DNA from: a virus
Taxonomy: Duplodnaviria; Caudoviricetes
Length of the DNA stretch: 53,099 nucleotides
Direction: 5' to 3' (one strand)
Virus record (IMG/VR): IMGVR_UViG_3300028361_000502
Coordinates: 1 to 53,099 of that record
Shown in pieces: positions 53,065 to 53,099 of the stretch. The stretch's first letter is position 1; each line of letters begins with the position of its first letter. The notes beneath the pieces were generated by a model. The model searched no databases. It saw only the letters and a program-made list of their open reading frames with translations, and was not told where the DNA came from. A program made the position numbers and the translations under genes.

Positions 53065-53099
53065 AATAGTTCTCTCTTTATAATCCAAATCTTGTTTTT

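Overview
The window is a 53 kb piece of a large lytic tailed-phage genome. Genes are dense and mostly on the minus strand. There are two promoter classes: sigma70-type TTGACA-N16/17-(TGn)TAnnnT and a T4-late-like TAAATA. The host is probably an alphaproteobacterium of the Rhodobacteraceae type, judging from a permuted tmRNA with tag ANANRAPEMAIAA, a DUF1127 protein, an alpha-type porin and a HemO/PcyX-type cassette. Main highlights: (1) an envelope module csgF-csgG-curlin-FecR-curlin, followed by a CHASE2 adenylate cyclase and a hydrolase, next to holin-like and peptidoglycan-hydrolase genes, which I propose as a phage trans-envelope sensing/cAMP system; (2) a class Ia nrdA broken into three ORFs, with one break flanked by basic and acidic tails around a GIY-YIG gene and the other repaired by a split intein; (3) guaC split by a charge-reversed IMPDH-1-like split intein; (4) a permuted tmRNA whose acceptor piece appears to have been replaced by a GIY-YIG element; (5) candidate -1 slippage sites, a ROSE-like thermometer and leaderless late genes. 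The window also carries a type II R-M pair, many auxiliary genes (IF1, bS21, ClpS, Hsp20, AOX, HO/FDBR, UDP-glucose dehydrogenase) and a block of probable virion/internal head proteins. All family assignments come from recognising motifs by eye; no database searches were run.
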